NCBI GenBank assembly: GCA_021201535.1
Contig: JAJQEU010000109.1
Span: 1,998-65,997, forward strand
Source: Clostridiales bacterium
Lineage (GTDB): Bacteria; Bacillota; Clostridia; Lachnospirales; Lachnospiraceae
Direction: 5' to 3'
Length of the DNA stretch: 64,000 nucleotides
Positions 21,256 to 30,658 of the stretch are shown here, in pieces (within the stretch, counting starts at the first letter, position 1; every line of letters starts with the position of its first letter). Made by a program: the position numbers and the translations under genes. The notes beneath the pieces are model-generated. The model was not told the origin of the DNA. It worked only from the letters and a program-made list of their open reading frames with translations, and made no database searches.

Positions 21256-21570
21256 GGCAAACGAACATGTAACTGATTAGTATCTTCACCGTTACGAGGA
21301 GAAGTCCATTTAAAATCGTTCCGTGATTTACAAATTCATTATCACCCTTCTCCACAGAAAAATCAATGCTCTCAAAAAGTATCTTAAAAATATGTAAAAT
21401 AATTTTAAATGCTCTTTTCCAAAGCATAAAATCATGATATGCTTTCCCTGCACACAAAAGTTTTGCATAGAACAACCGTATAACAACAGATTTTCATTCG
21501 GAACATCCTCTGCAGAAGCAATTGCAGCGTATTGTACCGGATCACTTTTATGAAACAGGAGGGCATTCAT

Positions 21571-22560
21571 ATGGGCAGAGCAGGCGGTGGCGGCAGTATG
21601 GGCGGCATGGGCGGCGGTCACTCCGGTGGCGGACATTCCATGGGCGGCGGTATGGGCGGTTCCAGACCCGGCGGCGGACATTCGGGCGGTTCCAGACCCG
21701 GCGGCAGCGGCGGGCGTTCCGGCGGCGGGCATTCGGGCGGCTCCAGACCCGGCGGTGCAGGCGGTCCCGGCGGGCCCAGACCAGGCGGGCCGGGCGGACC
21801 TCCTCCCGGAGGGCGTCCTCCGCGGCACGGATGGTGGGGCGGCTTCCGCTTCTGGCCTTTCGGCGGATATGGCTACGGTCCCCGCGGCGGGTGCGGCGGG
21901 TGTGTGATGCCGTTTATCGTAGTCATTATCGTCATTGTGATAGCTCTCGTGACAACCGGGGTATCGAGGCTGGGAAACAGCGTACGCTATGGATTCTCCG
22001 CTTTTACCGATTCCGACACGACAGCTTATGAGACAAATGACAGATACGAGGACACGTATTCCCAAAATAACGCATCCTCATCTTCCGGTACATCAGGCAC
22101 TTCCACGACAGTCTCCTCCCGCGAAAAAGCCGACACCGGCGTTGCGTTCACCAGCGACTGCATTCTGGACGAACTGGGCTGGATAGAGGACCCGGAGACC
22201 ACCGGTGAGAGTCTGGAGGCATTTTATGATGCCACAGGCGTGCAGCCTTACATTTATTTTAAGGCATACGACGCATCCCTGACGACCGATTCCGAAAAGG
22301 AGGACTTTGCTTTCGACTGGTATGAGGAAAACATCGACAATGAAGGCACCTTCCTGTACATCTATTTCGCGGAGGAAGATTCGGACAACGACATCGGTTA
22401 CATGGTTTACGTAAACGGCTATGATATAGACTCCGTCATGGACGAGGAGGCTGTGGATATCTTCTGGGATTATGTAGACGAATACTGGTATTCCGATCTG
22501 TCCACGGACGATATGCTGACAGCGATATTCACCGCCACGGCAGACGCGATCATGAATTAA
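21571..22560 (+). CDS. Membrane protein with a Gly-rich N-terminal tail and an acidic extracellular domain
   Basis: About 100 aa of G/S/R/P low complexity (GGSRPGG x3), one TM (PFIVVIIVIVIALV) and an acidic C-terminal domain; GGAGG RBS. Confidence 0.8.
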   Translation: MGRAGGGGSMGGMGGGHSGGGHSMGGGMGGSRPGGGHSGGSRPGGSGGRSGGGHSGGSRPGGAGGPGGPRPGGPGGPPPGGRPPRHGWWGGFRFWPFGGYGYGPRGGCGGCVMPFIVVIIVIVIALVTTGVSRLGNSVRYGFSAFTDSDTTAYETNDRYEDTYSQNNASSSSGTSGTSTTVSSREKADTGVAFTSDCILDELGWIEDPETTGESLEAFYDATGVQPYIYFKAYDASLTTDSEKEDFAFDWYEENIDNEGTFLYIYFAEEDSDNDIGYMVYVNGYDIDSVMDEEAVDIFWDYVDEYWYSDLSTDDMLTAIFTATADAIMN

Positions 22561-22629
22561 CAGCTTTCCCGGATTACGTCAGACATGAGACTTGTGCGAT
22601 GCGACAGGCTTCGAAAAATAATAAGAAGG

Positions 22630-22656
22630 GAAACTGTGAAGGTACTGAACAGTTAC
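22630..22656 (+). repeat. 27-bp REP-like repeat, copy 4
   Basis: GAAACTGTGAAGGTACTGAACAGTTAC, 21 nt before the YitT ATG. Confidence 0.75.
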
Positions 22657-22677
22657 AGAAAGAAAGGATGAACAGCC

Positions 22678-23580
22678 TTGCATTCAGAGAACAAAAAAAC
22701 ATCCGGCGTTTTAGATTTTGTATTATTGGCAGCGGGCGCGATTCTCGCCGCGTTTGCCATCGAAGAGTTTCTGGTTCCGAATACCATACTGGACGGCGGC
22801 GTAGTCGGCATCAGCATCATGATCAATACCCTCTCGGGATTCCCGCTGGGTATTCTGACTTTTGCACTGAACATACCGTTTCTGATCATCAGTTCGCGGA
22901 TCCTGGGGAAGATTTTCATCGTAAAATCCATCTACGCCATGGTCATATTCTCCGTATTTCTGGAAATATTTGAACCGTGGGTCAACGCCACATCCGAGCT
23001 GCTTCTGGCCGTCTGTTTCGGCGGCGTGTTCCTTGGAGTCGGCGTAGGGCTCGTCATCCGCTTCGGCGGCTGTCTGGACGGCACGGAGAGCGTCGCCATC
23101 CTGCTGAACCGCAGATTCAAGCTTCCGACAGGCCAGACGGTGCTGCTCTTCAACGTGGTCATCTATGTCATCGCTGGTTTCCTGTTCGGCTTTGACCGTG
23201 CGATGTGCAGTCTGCTGACCTATTTTATCACGTCAAAAATCATCGACTGGGTGGAGACCGGTCTGGAACAGGCCAAAGCCGCCATGATCATCACTGACGA
23301 GGGTGAAAAGATTGCCGAACTGATTTATCAGCAGCTGGGTCGAACTGTAACGATCCTGCGCGGCGAAGGTCTGATCAGCGGAGAAAAGGTCGTTCTCTAC
23401 TGCGTTCTGACCCGCATGGAGATTTATGATCTGAAAAAACTGATCCACCGCGTGGATGCCTCCGCATTCGTGACTGTCAGCGATGTCTCCGAGATCATCG
23501 GCAACCACATCAAAAAGACGGATCCCCGTATCATTGCCACAGCAGGTGATCCGGAGTCAGAAAATGCGCAGCAATCATAA
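22678..23580 (+). CDS. YitT family membrane protein
   Basis: DGGVVGIS, LNIPF, GG..DGTE and C-terminal LGRTVT...D..AFV.VSDV.EIIG. Confidence 0.92.
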   Translation: MHSENKKTSGVLDFVLLAAGAILAAFAIEEFLVPNTILDGGVVGISIMINTLSGFPLGILTFALNIPFLIISSRILGKIFIVKSIYAMVIFSVFLEIFEPWVNATSELLLAVCFGGVFLGVGVGLVIRFGGCLDGTESVAILLNRRFKLPTGQTVLLFNVVIYVIAGFLFGFDRAMCSLLTYFITSKIIDWVETGLEQAKAAMIITDEGEKIAELIYQQLGRTVTILRGEGLISGEKVVLYCVLTRMEIYDLKKLIHRVDASAFVTVSDVSEIIGNHIKKTDPRIIATAGDPESENAQQS

Positions 23581-23603
23581 ACGCAAAAATAAAAGTGCAG
23601 ACT

Positions 23604-23647
23604 AAAAAGCAGAAGAGCCAGCGTTGTGATCGGCTCTCCTGCTTTTT
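23604..23647. terminator. Bidirectional terminator
   Basis: AAAAAGCAGAAGAGCC-loop-GGCTCTCCTGCTTTTT between convergent genes. Confidence 0.8.
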
Positions 23648-23686
23648 TATCTGCATGCGTTCAAAAACATACAGTATATTTCGTGA

Positions 23687-24007
23687 TTATTCCGCAGCCT
23701 GCAGATATTCTACTGCCGCTTTGATATACTTGTTGCCTTTTTCTTTTGCAAGCAGCTCATCGGCGGTACCGACAAAATGAACGATCTGCTCCGAACCTTC
23801 CTCCATATACTTGTCCAGATAATACAGAAATCCGTTAAAGTCATGGGTCCTTCTCACATAGGTGACCTCACTGACTCCAAACATACCGCGCACCAGCTTG
23901 TAGACATTGCCTTCCCGAATCACCAGCGTGGTCGGTGTCGTATCATCCAGCATGTATACCTGCTTTCCTTCCGGCGATGTCCCCGTATAACATGTAATGT
24001 TTCTCAT
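23687..24007 (-). CDS. Hypothetical protein (106 aa)
   Basis: AAAGGAG RBS before MRNITCY; no recognised motif. Confidence 0.7.
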   Translation of the reverse strand: MRNITCYTGTSPEGKQVYMLDDTTPTTLVIREGNVYKLVRGMFGVSEVTYVRRTHDFNGFLYYLDKYMEEGSEQIVHFVGTADELLAKEKGNKYIKAAVEYLQAAE

Positions 24008-24104
24008 AAGTCTCTCCTTTATATTGTAAAAACTGTTATATAACTGCATTTCAACTATATAATAAACAGTCTGCTTTTTCAATACCCAAATCATAAATCC
24101 GATT

Positions 24105-24136
24105 AAAAAACTGCCGCCCAAACCCATGGGCGGCAG
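24105..24136 (-). terminator. Intrinsic terminator
   Basis: CTGCCGCCCA-loop-TGGGCGGCAG with a T-run on the minus strand. Confidence 0.8.
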
Positions 24137-24154
24137 CATCTCATTCGTATGGCA

Positions 24155-24529
24155 CTACTCTTTGATCATAGTCATGATCAGTCTGTCGCCCTCCTCGCGG
24201 GAACCTGCGCGTTTAATGCGCTCCAGCTCAATCTGGAATGCCTTCAGCGAATCAATCAGAGCGTAAATTCTGGAATCACCGATATGTTTATTCTCGGAAT
24301 TCATGATCTCGGTAAGCTCTTTTGCAAACTTTACATGCTCACCCGCAATCATCTCAGCCAGCATCGCATCGCCCTCCTGGCGATTGTCTGCGCGCATCAC
24401 CTGCTCCAGCTGTCCGATAAACTTCGTGGTCTTATCAACCTCATAGTTGATCTTCTTGTCGCCCTCAAACTTGTCCGCAGAGGAAACGATGGATTTAAGC
24501 TCATCCTGAAATCTGTTTAATACTGACAT
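24155..24529 (-). CDS. Hypothetical protein built from four ~30-aa tandem repeats
   Basis: AAAGGAG RBS and own terminator; repeat consensus FxxELxxIxx[AS]xxxxEGDxxIxxxI. Confidence 0.8.
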   Translation of the reverse strand: MSVLNRFQDELKSIVSSADKFEGDKKINYEVDKTTKFIGQLEQVMRADNRQEGDAMLAEMIAGEHVKFAKELTEIMNSENKHIGDSRIYALIDSLKAFQIELERIKRAGSREEGDRLIMTMIKE

Positions 24530-24799
24530 AATAAACTTCTCCTTTCTTATTTAAACAAGATGATACTATGACTATAGCACTTTTGTTCACATTTGTCAAT
24601 GTATTGCTTGTTATACAAAACATTTTTATGACTATTGCACATCGCTCAGCTCCATAGACGCATTGTATTGTATTGGTTTTTGTAAAAATTGCTCCGTTTT
24701 TTGTTCACTCTCAACAGATTCGATTCCAGCAAAAGAAAAGCAGACAAAAGGATACAACCGTTCCTCTTATCTGCTTCACTGTCTGGTCGAAATGAGATA

Positions 24800-25318
24800 C
24801 TAAAACTCTACGCATCCGGTATACTGATCATTGATCACATAGTAAGCCGCCTTGTCCTCCGGCTTGATATAGAGTGTGATCGTTTTTACCGATACGGCGC
24901 CCTCTGTCGCCGCAAACTGCGCCAGCGCCCGCTCTGTCAGGACATCCTCACTGATCTCCTCGCCCATATACTGCAGGACGACAGTCTTTATCGGCTTTCT
25001 GGTATATTTGCGCTTCGTGGTCTCAGCAGAATCCTTAACCGCTTTCTTCGTGGATGTGACTGCTTTCTCCACATTCTTCTTCGTCGTATCAGCCGCTTTT
25101 TTCGTCGCTTTCTTCGTCTTTTCTGCCGTCTTCGCCGCAGCGTCCTTCACAACAGCCGCGGTCGCCTCGGCATTTTTCTTCGCGGCCTCTTTATTCGCCG
25201 CCTTTGCCTTCGCGCTCGCTGCTTTTGCCTCCGCCTTTTTTTCTTCTGCGGACACAACCTCTTCATTCATAATGGTTGTATCTGCAGATTCTTTGATCGT
25301 TGCTGCCATAAGTATCAT
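24800..25318 (-). CDS. DUF6465-like protein with a Lys/Ala-rich histone-H1-like N-terminus
   Basis: K/A/T-rich N-terminus and C-terminal VVLQYMGEE...LYIKPED.AAYYVIN. Confidence 0.75.
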   Translation of the reverse strand: MILMAATIKESADTTIMNEEVVSAEEKKAEAKAASAKAKAANKEAAKKNAEATAAVVKDAAAKTAEKTKKATKKAADTTKKNVEKAVTSTKKAVKDSAETTKRKYTRKPIKTVVLQYMGEEISEDVLTERALAQFAATEGAVSVKTITLYIKPEDKAAYYVINDQYTGCVEF

Positions 25319-25716
25319 CCTCCTTTATCAAAATTTATATCATTCGCCAACGCTTAAAACCCGTGTGTACGTCTTCTGCATATATGCGCTATATTCGCGC
25401 GCATGACTTCCACTATTTTCCACGCTGTCCGATTTATGCCATGCATTTTACCCCAACAGCCGAATCTTGTCAACACGAAATACGGTGGCTGCAAGAAGTA
25501 TCGCTGAAAACTGCACAATTTATGTGCCCGGTTTTTTTGATTTCCCTTGATTTCTATGTAAAATTTTACCAAAGCCTTGATTTTTCATACATTTTTTCCC
25601 ACTTTTTGTACAATTTTTCTGGATTTTATCAATTAAGATGCTATAATAGATTTATGCTTTGAAAACCGATGTTTCAAGGCAGTCATATTATTCATCATTC
25701 ATTAGGAGGGAAAGAA

Positions 25717-26394
25717 ATGGCTAAGACAAAAGTTATTTCTGCGAAAGAAGCAGGCGCTCTCGTAAAAGACGGCGATACCGTACTGATCGGCGGCTTCATG
25801 ACAAACGGAACAGCAAAATCAATCGTACATGAAGTAACGGCAAAGGATCTGACCGTTGTATGTAACGACGCAGGATTCCTGAACGAAGGCACCGGCCGTC
25901 TTCTCGCAAACCATCAGGTAAAGAGACTGATCGCGACACATGTAGGTCTGAACAAAGAATGCGGACAGCAGTATAATGAAGGCATTCTTGATCTGAAGCT
26001 TCAGCCGCAGGGCACACTCGCCGAGCAGGTTCGTGCGGGCGGCGCGGGACTGGGCGGATTTCTGACACCCACCGGCGTCGGCACGATCGTTGCGGACAGC
26101 TCCTCACCGACTACTCTGGAGGGCAAACAGCTCATCGAACTGGACGGCAAAGAGTATCTTCTGGAGAAGGCGATTCGCGGCGACGTCGCCATCGTTCAGG
26201 GTTATATCGCTGATGAGTCCGGCAATATCCGCTATAAAGGCTCCATCCGCAACTTTAACGTACTGATGGCATCCGCAGCAGATACCGTTATCGTAGAGGT
26301 CGAGAAGATCGTTCCGGCCGGCGAGATCGGACCGAACTATGTAGAGACCCCGCACATCTTCGTTGATTACTTAGTATTAAAGGAGGAAGCATAA
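25717..26394 (+). CDS. 3-oxoacid/acetoacetate CoA-transferase, alpha subunit (AtoD/CtfA-like)
   Basis: [35 protein letters not shown] and RNFN..MA. Confidence 0.92.
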   Translation: MAKTKVISAKEAGALVKDGDTVLIGGFMTNGTAKSIVHEVTAKDLTVVCNDAGFLNEGTGRLLANHQVKRLIATHVGLNKECGQQYNEGILDLKLQPQGTLAEQVRAGGAGLGGFLTPTGVGTIVADSSSPTTLEGKQLIELDGKEYLLEKAIRGDVAIVQGYIADESGNIRYKGSIRNFNVLMASAADTVIVEVEKIVPAGEIGPNYVETPHIFVDYLVLKEEA

Positions 26395-26395
26395 G

Positions 26396-27052
26396 ATGGA
26401 AAGAAGCGAGATTAAACCCTTTATCGCAAAACGTGTTGCAAAAGAGATCCATGACGGCGATGTTGTAAACCTCGGCATCGGACTTCCGACGATGGTTCCT
26501 GACTATGTAGACCCGACCATTAAGATTACCCTGCAGTCCGAGAATGGTTTTATCGGCTTGTCTGCCGTTGATCCGGACTCTGACGACGCACCGTACACTG
26601 TAAACGCAGGTGGACAGCCGGCGGGTATCGAGAAGGACGGTATGTTCTTTGACTCTTCCATCTCCTTCGCCATCATTCGCGGCGGACACGTGGACGCTAC
26701 CGTACTCGGCTCCCTTCAGGTAGATGAGAAGGGCAATATCGCGAACTGGATCATCCCCGGCAAGATGGTTCCGGGCATGGGCGGCGCGATGGATCTGGTT
26801 GTCGGCGCCAAAAAGGTGATCGTTGCGATGGAGCACACCCAGAAGGGTGCGCCGAAGATCTTAAAGGAGTGCACACTTCCCCTGACCGCAAAAGGACAGG
26901 TAAATCTTATCGTGACCGAGATGGCTGTGATCGAAGTGACTCCGGACGGTCTGGTGCTGACCGAGTACAACCCTGAGTTTACCGTAGAAGAGATTCAGGC
27001 TGCCACGGAAGCGGAACTGACCATCTCCCCGGACCTGAAACCGATGGTATAA
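26396..27052 (+). CDS. 3-oxoacid/acetoacetate CoA-transferase, beta subunit (AtoA/CtfB-like)
   Basis: VNLGIGLPT, catalytic QSENG, IRGGHVD and GMGGAMDLV. Confidence 0.92.
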   Translation: MERSEIKPFIAKRVAKEIHDGDVVNLGIGLPTMVPDYVDPTIKITLQSENGFIGLSAVDPDSDDAPYTVNAGGQPAGIEKDGMFFDSSISFAIIRGGHVDATVLGSLQVDEKGNIANWIIPGKMVPGMGGAMDLVVGAKKVIVAMEHTQKGAPKILKECTLPLTAKGQVNLIVTEMAVIEVTPDGLVLTEYNPEFTVEEIQAATEAELTISPDLKPMV

Positions 27053-27142
27053 AACCAGTCGTATCATATGACATGAGTTTTTCTGTCTGCGAAAACCGTA
27101 TTCCGGTTTTCCGACGTCAGACACAACATCATCATATATGTT

Positions 27143-27179
27143 AAAAACAGGAGAACATGCTACTGTCTCCTGTTTTTTT
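27143..27179 (+). terminator. Intrinsic terminator after the CoA-transferase pair
   Basis: AAAAACAGGAGA-loop-TCTCCTGTTTTTTT. Confidence 0.8.
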
Positions 27180-27309
27180 ATGTTTTTATGGGGTCAGACC
27201 CCGGCAAGAAATTATAAACTTTCTGAATTTTTTATAAAATCGCATCCCTTAAAATCATATTCTTCGATTGTTTTCGTTCATTTTCGCTTCCTGAAATCGA
27301 CGCATTATT

Positions 27310-27464
27310 TGTTGTTTCAACAGTTTTTTGCTTTTGTTTGTAAAATTCAACAAATCCTCTTTGGTAATTTTATGCAATATATCCATTGACTTTCTGTAAA
27401 AAATCAGCTATTTTATAATCACAAATTGTTGAATTAAAAGTTTTAAAATTGTCATTTCAACAAG
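27310..27464. promoter_or_regulatory. Candidate promoter and operators of the hexitol operon
   Basis: TTGACT (27386) with a 17-bp spacer to TATTTT; repeated TGTTG/TTCAACA half-sites at 27310-27322, 27343-27355, 27425-27435 and 27454-27464. Confidence 0.45.
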
Positions 27465-27480
27465 AAAGGGGGTATTTTAT

Positions 27481-28413
27481 ATGATCTACACGGTTACACT
27501 AAACCCGGCGCTTGACAAGACGGTCGAGATTCCGTCCCTGACCATCGATTCCGTAAACCGCATCACTTGCATGCGCACGGATCCGGGCGGAAAGGGAATC
27601 AACGTATCCAAAGTTATCTCAAAGCTGGGCGGAAAAAGCACCGCCGTCGGCATCCTCGGCGGAAACACCGGATATTCAATCGCAGCCGCGGTCAAGGCCA
27701 TGGGGATTAAGACCGGATTCCTGTTTGCAGAGGGCGAAACCCGCACCAACATGAAGATCGTGGATCCGGTTCTGCACACCAATACCGACATCAACGAGCC
27801 AGGCTTCGAGGTTCCGAAAGAAGTTACGGAACAACTTCTTCAGAACGTACTCGGCAAACTGACAGCGAAGGATATCGTAGTCCTCTCCGGCAGCATCCCA
27901 CAGGGATGCCCGAAGACCGTCTACCGCAAATGGATCAGCGCATGCGGCAAAAAGGGCGCGCGCGTCATCCTGGACGCAGACGGAGAACAGTTCGCGGCAG
28001 GGCTTGAGGCGGGACCTTATCTGATCAAGCCGAACCATCACGAACTCTCCGCGCTGATGGGCAGAGATTTGAACACACCGGTAGAATTGGGACGCGCGGC
28101 GCACGAGCTTCAAAAGCGGTACGGCATCCGGAAAATTGTCGTCTCAATGGGCAGTGCAGGCGCACTGTATGTATCGGCAGGAGAAATGATTCACGCGGAA
28201 GGTCTGCGGGTACCGGTCGGAAGCACGGTCGGCGCCGGGGACAGCGTGGTGGCGGCTCTGGCCCTGGCGGAAGAAAAAGACATGGTTCTCGCGGAGGCAG
28301 CCCGTCTCTCCACCGCGACGGGCGCGGCAAACGTGATGTGCAACGGCTCGCAGGCCGCAGAATACGAAACGGTTAAAGAACTTCTGCCGAAAGTGATCCT
28401 TCATCACTTTTGA
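27481..28413 (+). CDS. 1-phosphofructokinase-family hexose-phosphate kinase (FruK/LacC type PfkB)
   Basis: TVTLNPALD, GGKGINVS, LIKPN..EL, VSMG..GA and STVGAGDS. Confidence 0.9.
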   Translation: MIYTVTLNPALDKTVEIPSLTIDSVNRITCMRTDPGGKGINVSKVISKLGGKSTAVGILGGNTGYSIAAAVKAMGIKTGFLFAEGETRTNMKIVDPVLHTNTDINEPGFEVPKEVTEQLLQNVLGKLTAKDIVVLSGSIPQGCPKTVYRKWISACGKKGARVILDADGEQFAAGLEAGPYLIKPNHHELSALMGRDLNTPVELGRAAHELQKRYGIRKIVVSMGSAGALYVSAGEMIHAEGLRVPVGSTVGAGDSVVAALALAEEKDMVLAEAARLSTATGAANVMCNGSQAAEYETVKELLPKVILHHF

Positions 28414-28462
28414 ACTTGTAAAACAAAAACAGATTGATTATGATAGAAAGGAGTTTTGTATA

Positions 28463-29734
28463 ATGAAAGCAAAAGGTGTACGTCTTCACGGCGCCAATGA
28501 TCTCAGACTGGAGGAATTTGAGCTCCCGGAGATCACAGACGATGAAATCCTGGTAAAGGTCGTCTCCGACAGCATCTGCATGTCCACCTACAAGTGCGCG
28601 ATTCTGGGAACGGAACACAAACGCGTACATGAAGATGTGGCCGAACATCCCGCGATTATGGGACATGAGTTTGCGGGCGATATCGTGAAGGTCGGCAAAA
28701 ATCATCAGGAAAAATTCAAACCCGGCATGAAATTTACACTCCAGCCGGCACTGAATTACAAGGGAACCATGTGGAGTCCGGGATACTCCTACGAGTTTTT
28801 CGGAGGAAACACCACATACTGCGTCATCCCCTCAGAGGTCATGGAGCTCGGATGTCTACTGGAATACAGAGGAAAGGCTTACTACGAGGCATCCCTGGCG
28901 GAACCGATGTCCTGCAGTATCGGCGCCTTTCACGCAGCCTACCACACAAAGATGGGTGTTTACAGCCACCATATGGGCATACGGGAAGGCGGTAAACTCG
29001 CTATCATGGCGGGAGCCGGTCCGATGGGTCTTGGCGCCCTGACCTATGCGCTGCACTGTGATATACGGCCTTCTCTGGTCGTTGTAACTGACCTGAATCA
29101 GGAACGTCTCGATCGCGCCTCGCAGTTGTTCCCGCCTGAAGAAATCGCAAAGGAAGGCATCCGGCTTCTCTTTGTCAACACCGGAAGCACCTCGGATCCC
29201 GTACAGAATCTGCTGGCTATCACCGACGGCACCGGATATGACGATGTGCTCTGTTATGCTCCGGTTGCCTCTGTCATCACCCAGTCAAGTGCCATTCTCG
29301 GCCGTGACGGCTGCCTGAACTTTTTTGCCGGACCGACGGACAAAAAATTCAGTGCAGAGATGAACTTTTATGATGTCCACTACAATTCTACACACGTAAT
29401 GGGTACCACCGGAGGCAATACGGAGGATATGATTGAATCCCTGCAGCTGACCGAACAGGGTCGCATCAATCCCGCGGTCATGGTAACTCACATCGGCGGT
29501 CTTGACGCCGCAGCGGACACCACGCTGAATCTGCCGAAGATTCCGGGCGGCAAGAAACTGATCTACACGCATCTGGCCATGCCGCTGACCGCGCTGACGG
29601 ACCTGAGAAAAACCGGCGAAGCACAGCAGGATGAGCGAATGATTGCTCTGGCGGACATCGTGGACGCGCATATGGGACTGTGGAGCCCTGAAGCGGAGGA
29701 ATATCTGCTTCAAAACTTTATCACTGAAGAATAA
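28463..29734 (+). CDS. Zn-dependent sugar-phosphate dehydrogenase, SorE/YggP family
   Basis: SDSICMSTYK, GHEFAG, ASLAEP, AGPMG, DGCLNFFAGP, VHYNSTHV and IPGGKKLIY match recalled E. coli YggP / sorbose-1-P reductase motifs. Confidence 0.85.
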   Translation: MKAKGVRLHGANDLRLEEFELPEITDDEILVKVVSDSICMSTYKCAILGTEHKRVHEDVAEHPAIMGHEFAGDIVKVGKNHQEKFKPGMKFTLQPALNYKGTMWSPGYSYEFFGGNTTYCVIPSEVMELGCLLEYRGKAYYEASLAEPMSCSIGAFHAAYHTKMGVYSHHMGIREGGKLAIMAGAGPMGLGALTYALHCDIRPSLVVVTDLNQERLDRASQLFPPEEIAKEGIRLLFVNTGSTSDPVQNLLAITDGTGYDDVLCYAPVASVITQSSAILGRDGCLNFFAGPTDKKFSAEMNFYDVHYNSTHVMGTTGGNTEDMIESLQLTEQGRINPAVMVTHIGGLDAAADTTLNLPKIPGGKKLIYTHLAMPLTALTDLRKTGEAQQDERMIALADIVDAHMGLWSPEAEEYLLQNFITEE

Positions 29735-29787
29735 CTGTCAGGATTTCCTGTTCGCGGAATCCTGACACGAACAGGAGGATAAACTAT

Positions 29788-30549
29788 ATGGATACTATGG
29801 AAGCTCGCAGAAATGCGATTGCCCAACTAATTGATGACAACGGAACAATAAGTTTTTCACAGCTGAAGGAAGCCTTTCCGGACGTTTCGGAAATGACGCT
29901 GCGCACAGATCTGAAATGTCTGGACGAGGCAAGGCGGATTCTTCGCGTACATGGGGGAGCCAAATCCGTACAGGTTGTAATCGGAACGGACGATCTGCTG
30001 AAACGTAAGTCCATCCGCAATATTTCCCAAAAGCAGATGATTGCCGAAAAAGCAGTGACATTGCTTCGTCCGGACACTACCATTTTTCTGGATTCCGGCA
30101 GCACTACGACCACACTGGCCCGGCAGTTTCCGGATCAGTCCTATCTGATCTACACGACCGGCCTGAGTTGCGCAACAGAGCTTTGCGGCCTGTCCGCCCC
30201 CACGGTCATGCTCCCCGGAGGAATGCTGAACCGCTACAGCCAGAGCGTATTCGGTTTTTCCGCGATAAAAGAACTGGAAAGGGTCAATTTTGACCAGGCC
30301 TTTCTCGGAATTACCGGTTACCATGCATCGTCCGGTTTTTCCTGCGGCATCAGTGACGAAGCGATTCTGAAGCAGACGGCAATCCGCCAGTCGGAACAGG
30401 TCATTGCGCTTATGGATTCCTCAAAGGTTGATATCAAATGCAGCTTCTCCATCTGCGGTCTGACAGATGTGGACATCATTGTCTCCGATGGGAAACTGCC
30501 GCAGGAATTTCTTTCGGAATGTGAGAGATACGGCGTTCAGGTGATATAG
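29788..30549 (+). CDS. DeoR/GlpR family transcriptional regulator
   Basis: VSEMTLRTDL HTH, RVHGGA and IFLDSGSTT. Confidence 0.93.
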   Translation: MDTMEARRNAIAQLIDDNGTISFSQLKEAFPDVSEMTLRTDLKCLDEARRILRVHGGAKSVQVVIGTDDLLKRKSIRNISQKQMIAEKAVTLLRPDTTIFLDSGSTTTTLARQFPDQSYLIYTTGLSCATELCGLSAPTVMLPGGMLNRYSQSVFGFSAIKELERVNFDQAFLGITGYHASSGFSCGISDEAILKQTAIRQSEQVIALMDSSKVDIKCSFSICGLTDVDIIVSDGKLPQEFLSECERYGVQVI

Positions 30550-30658
30550 TCCGCAGGCAGGTATACCGGGAAATACTGACAGTTTCCTTTGCTGCAGCAG
30601 ATTAAAAGTCTTCGGTTTGGGCAATTCTCTATAGTAGTTGTGTAAGGGAGAATTACTC

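Noticed and set aside
27190-27202. GGGGTCAGACCCC short palindrome
   Set aside because: REP-like but single copy in the window, so it cannot be separated from chance.
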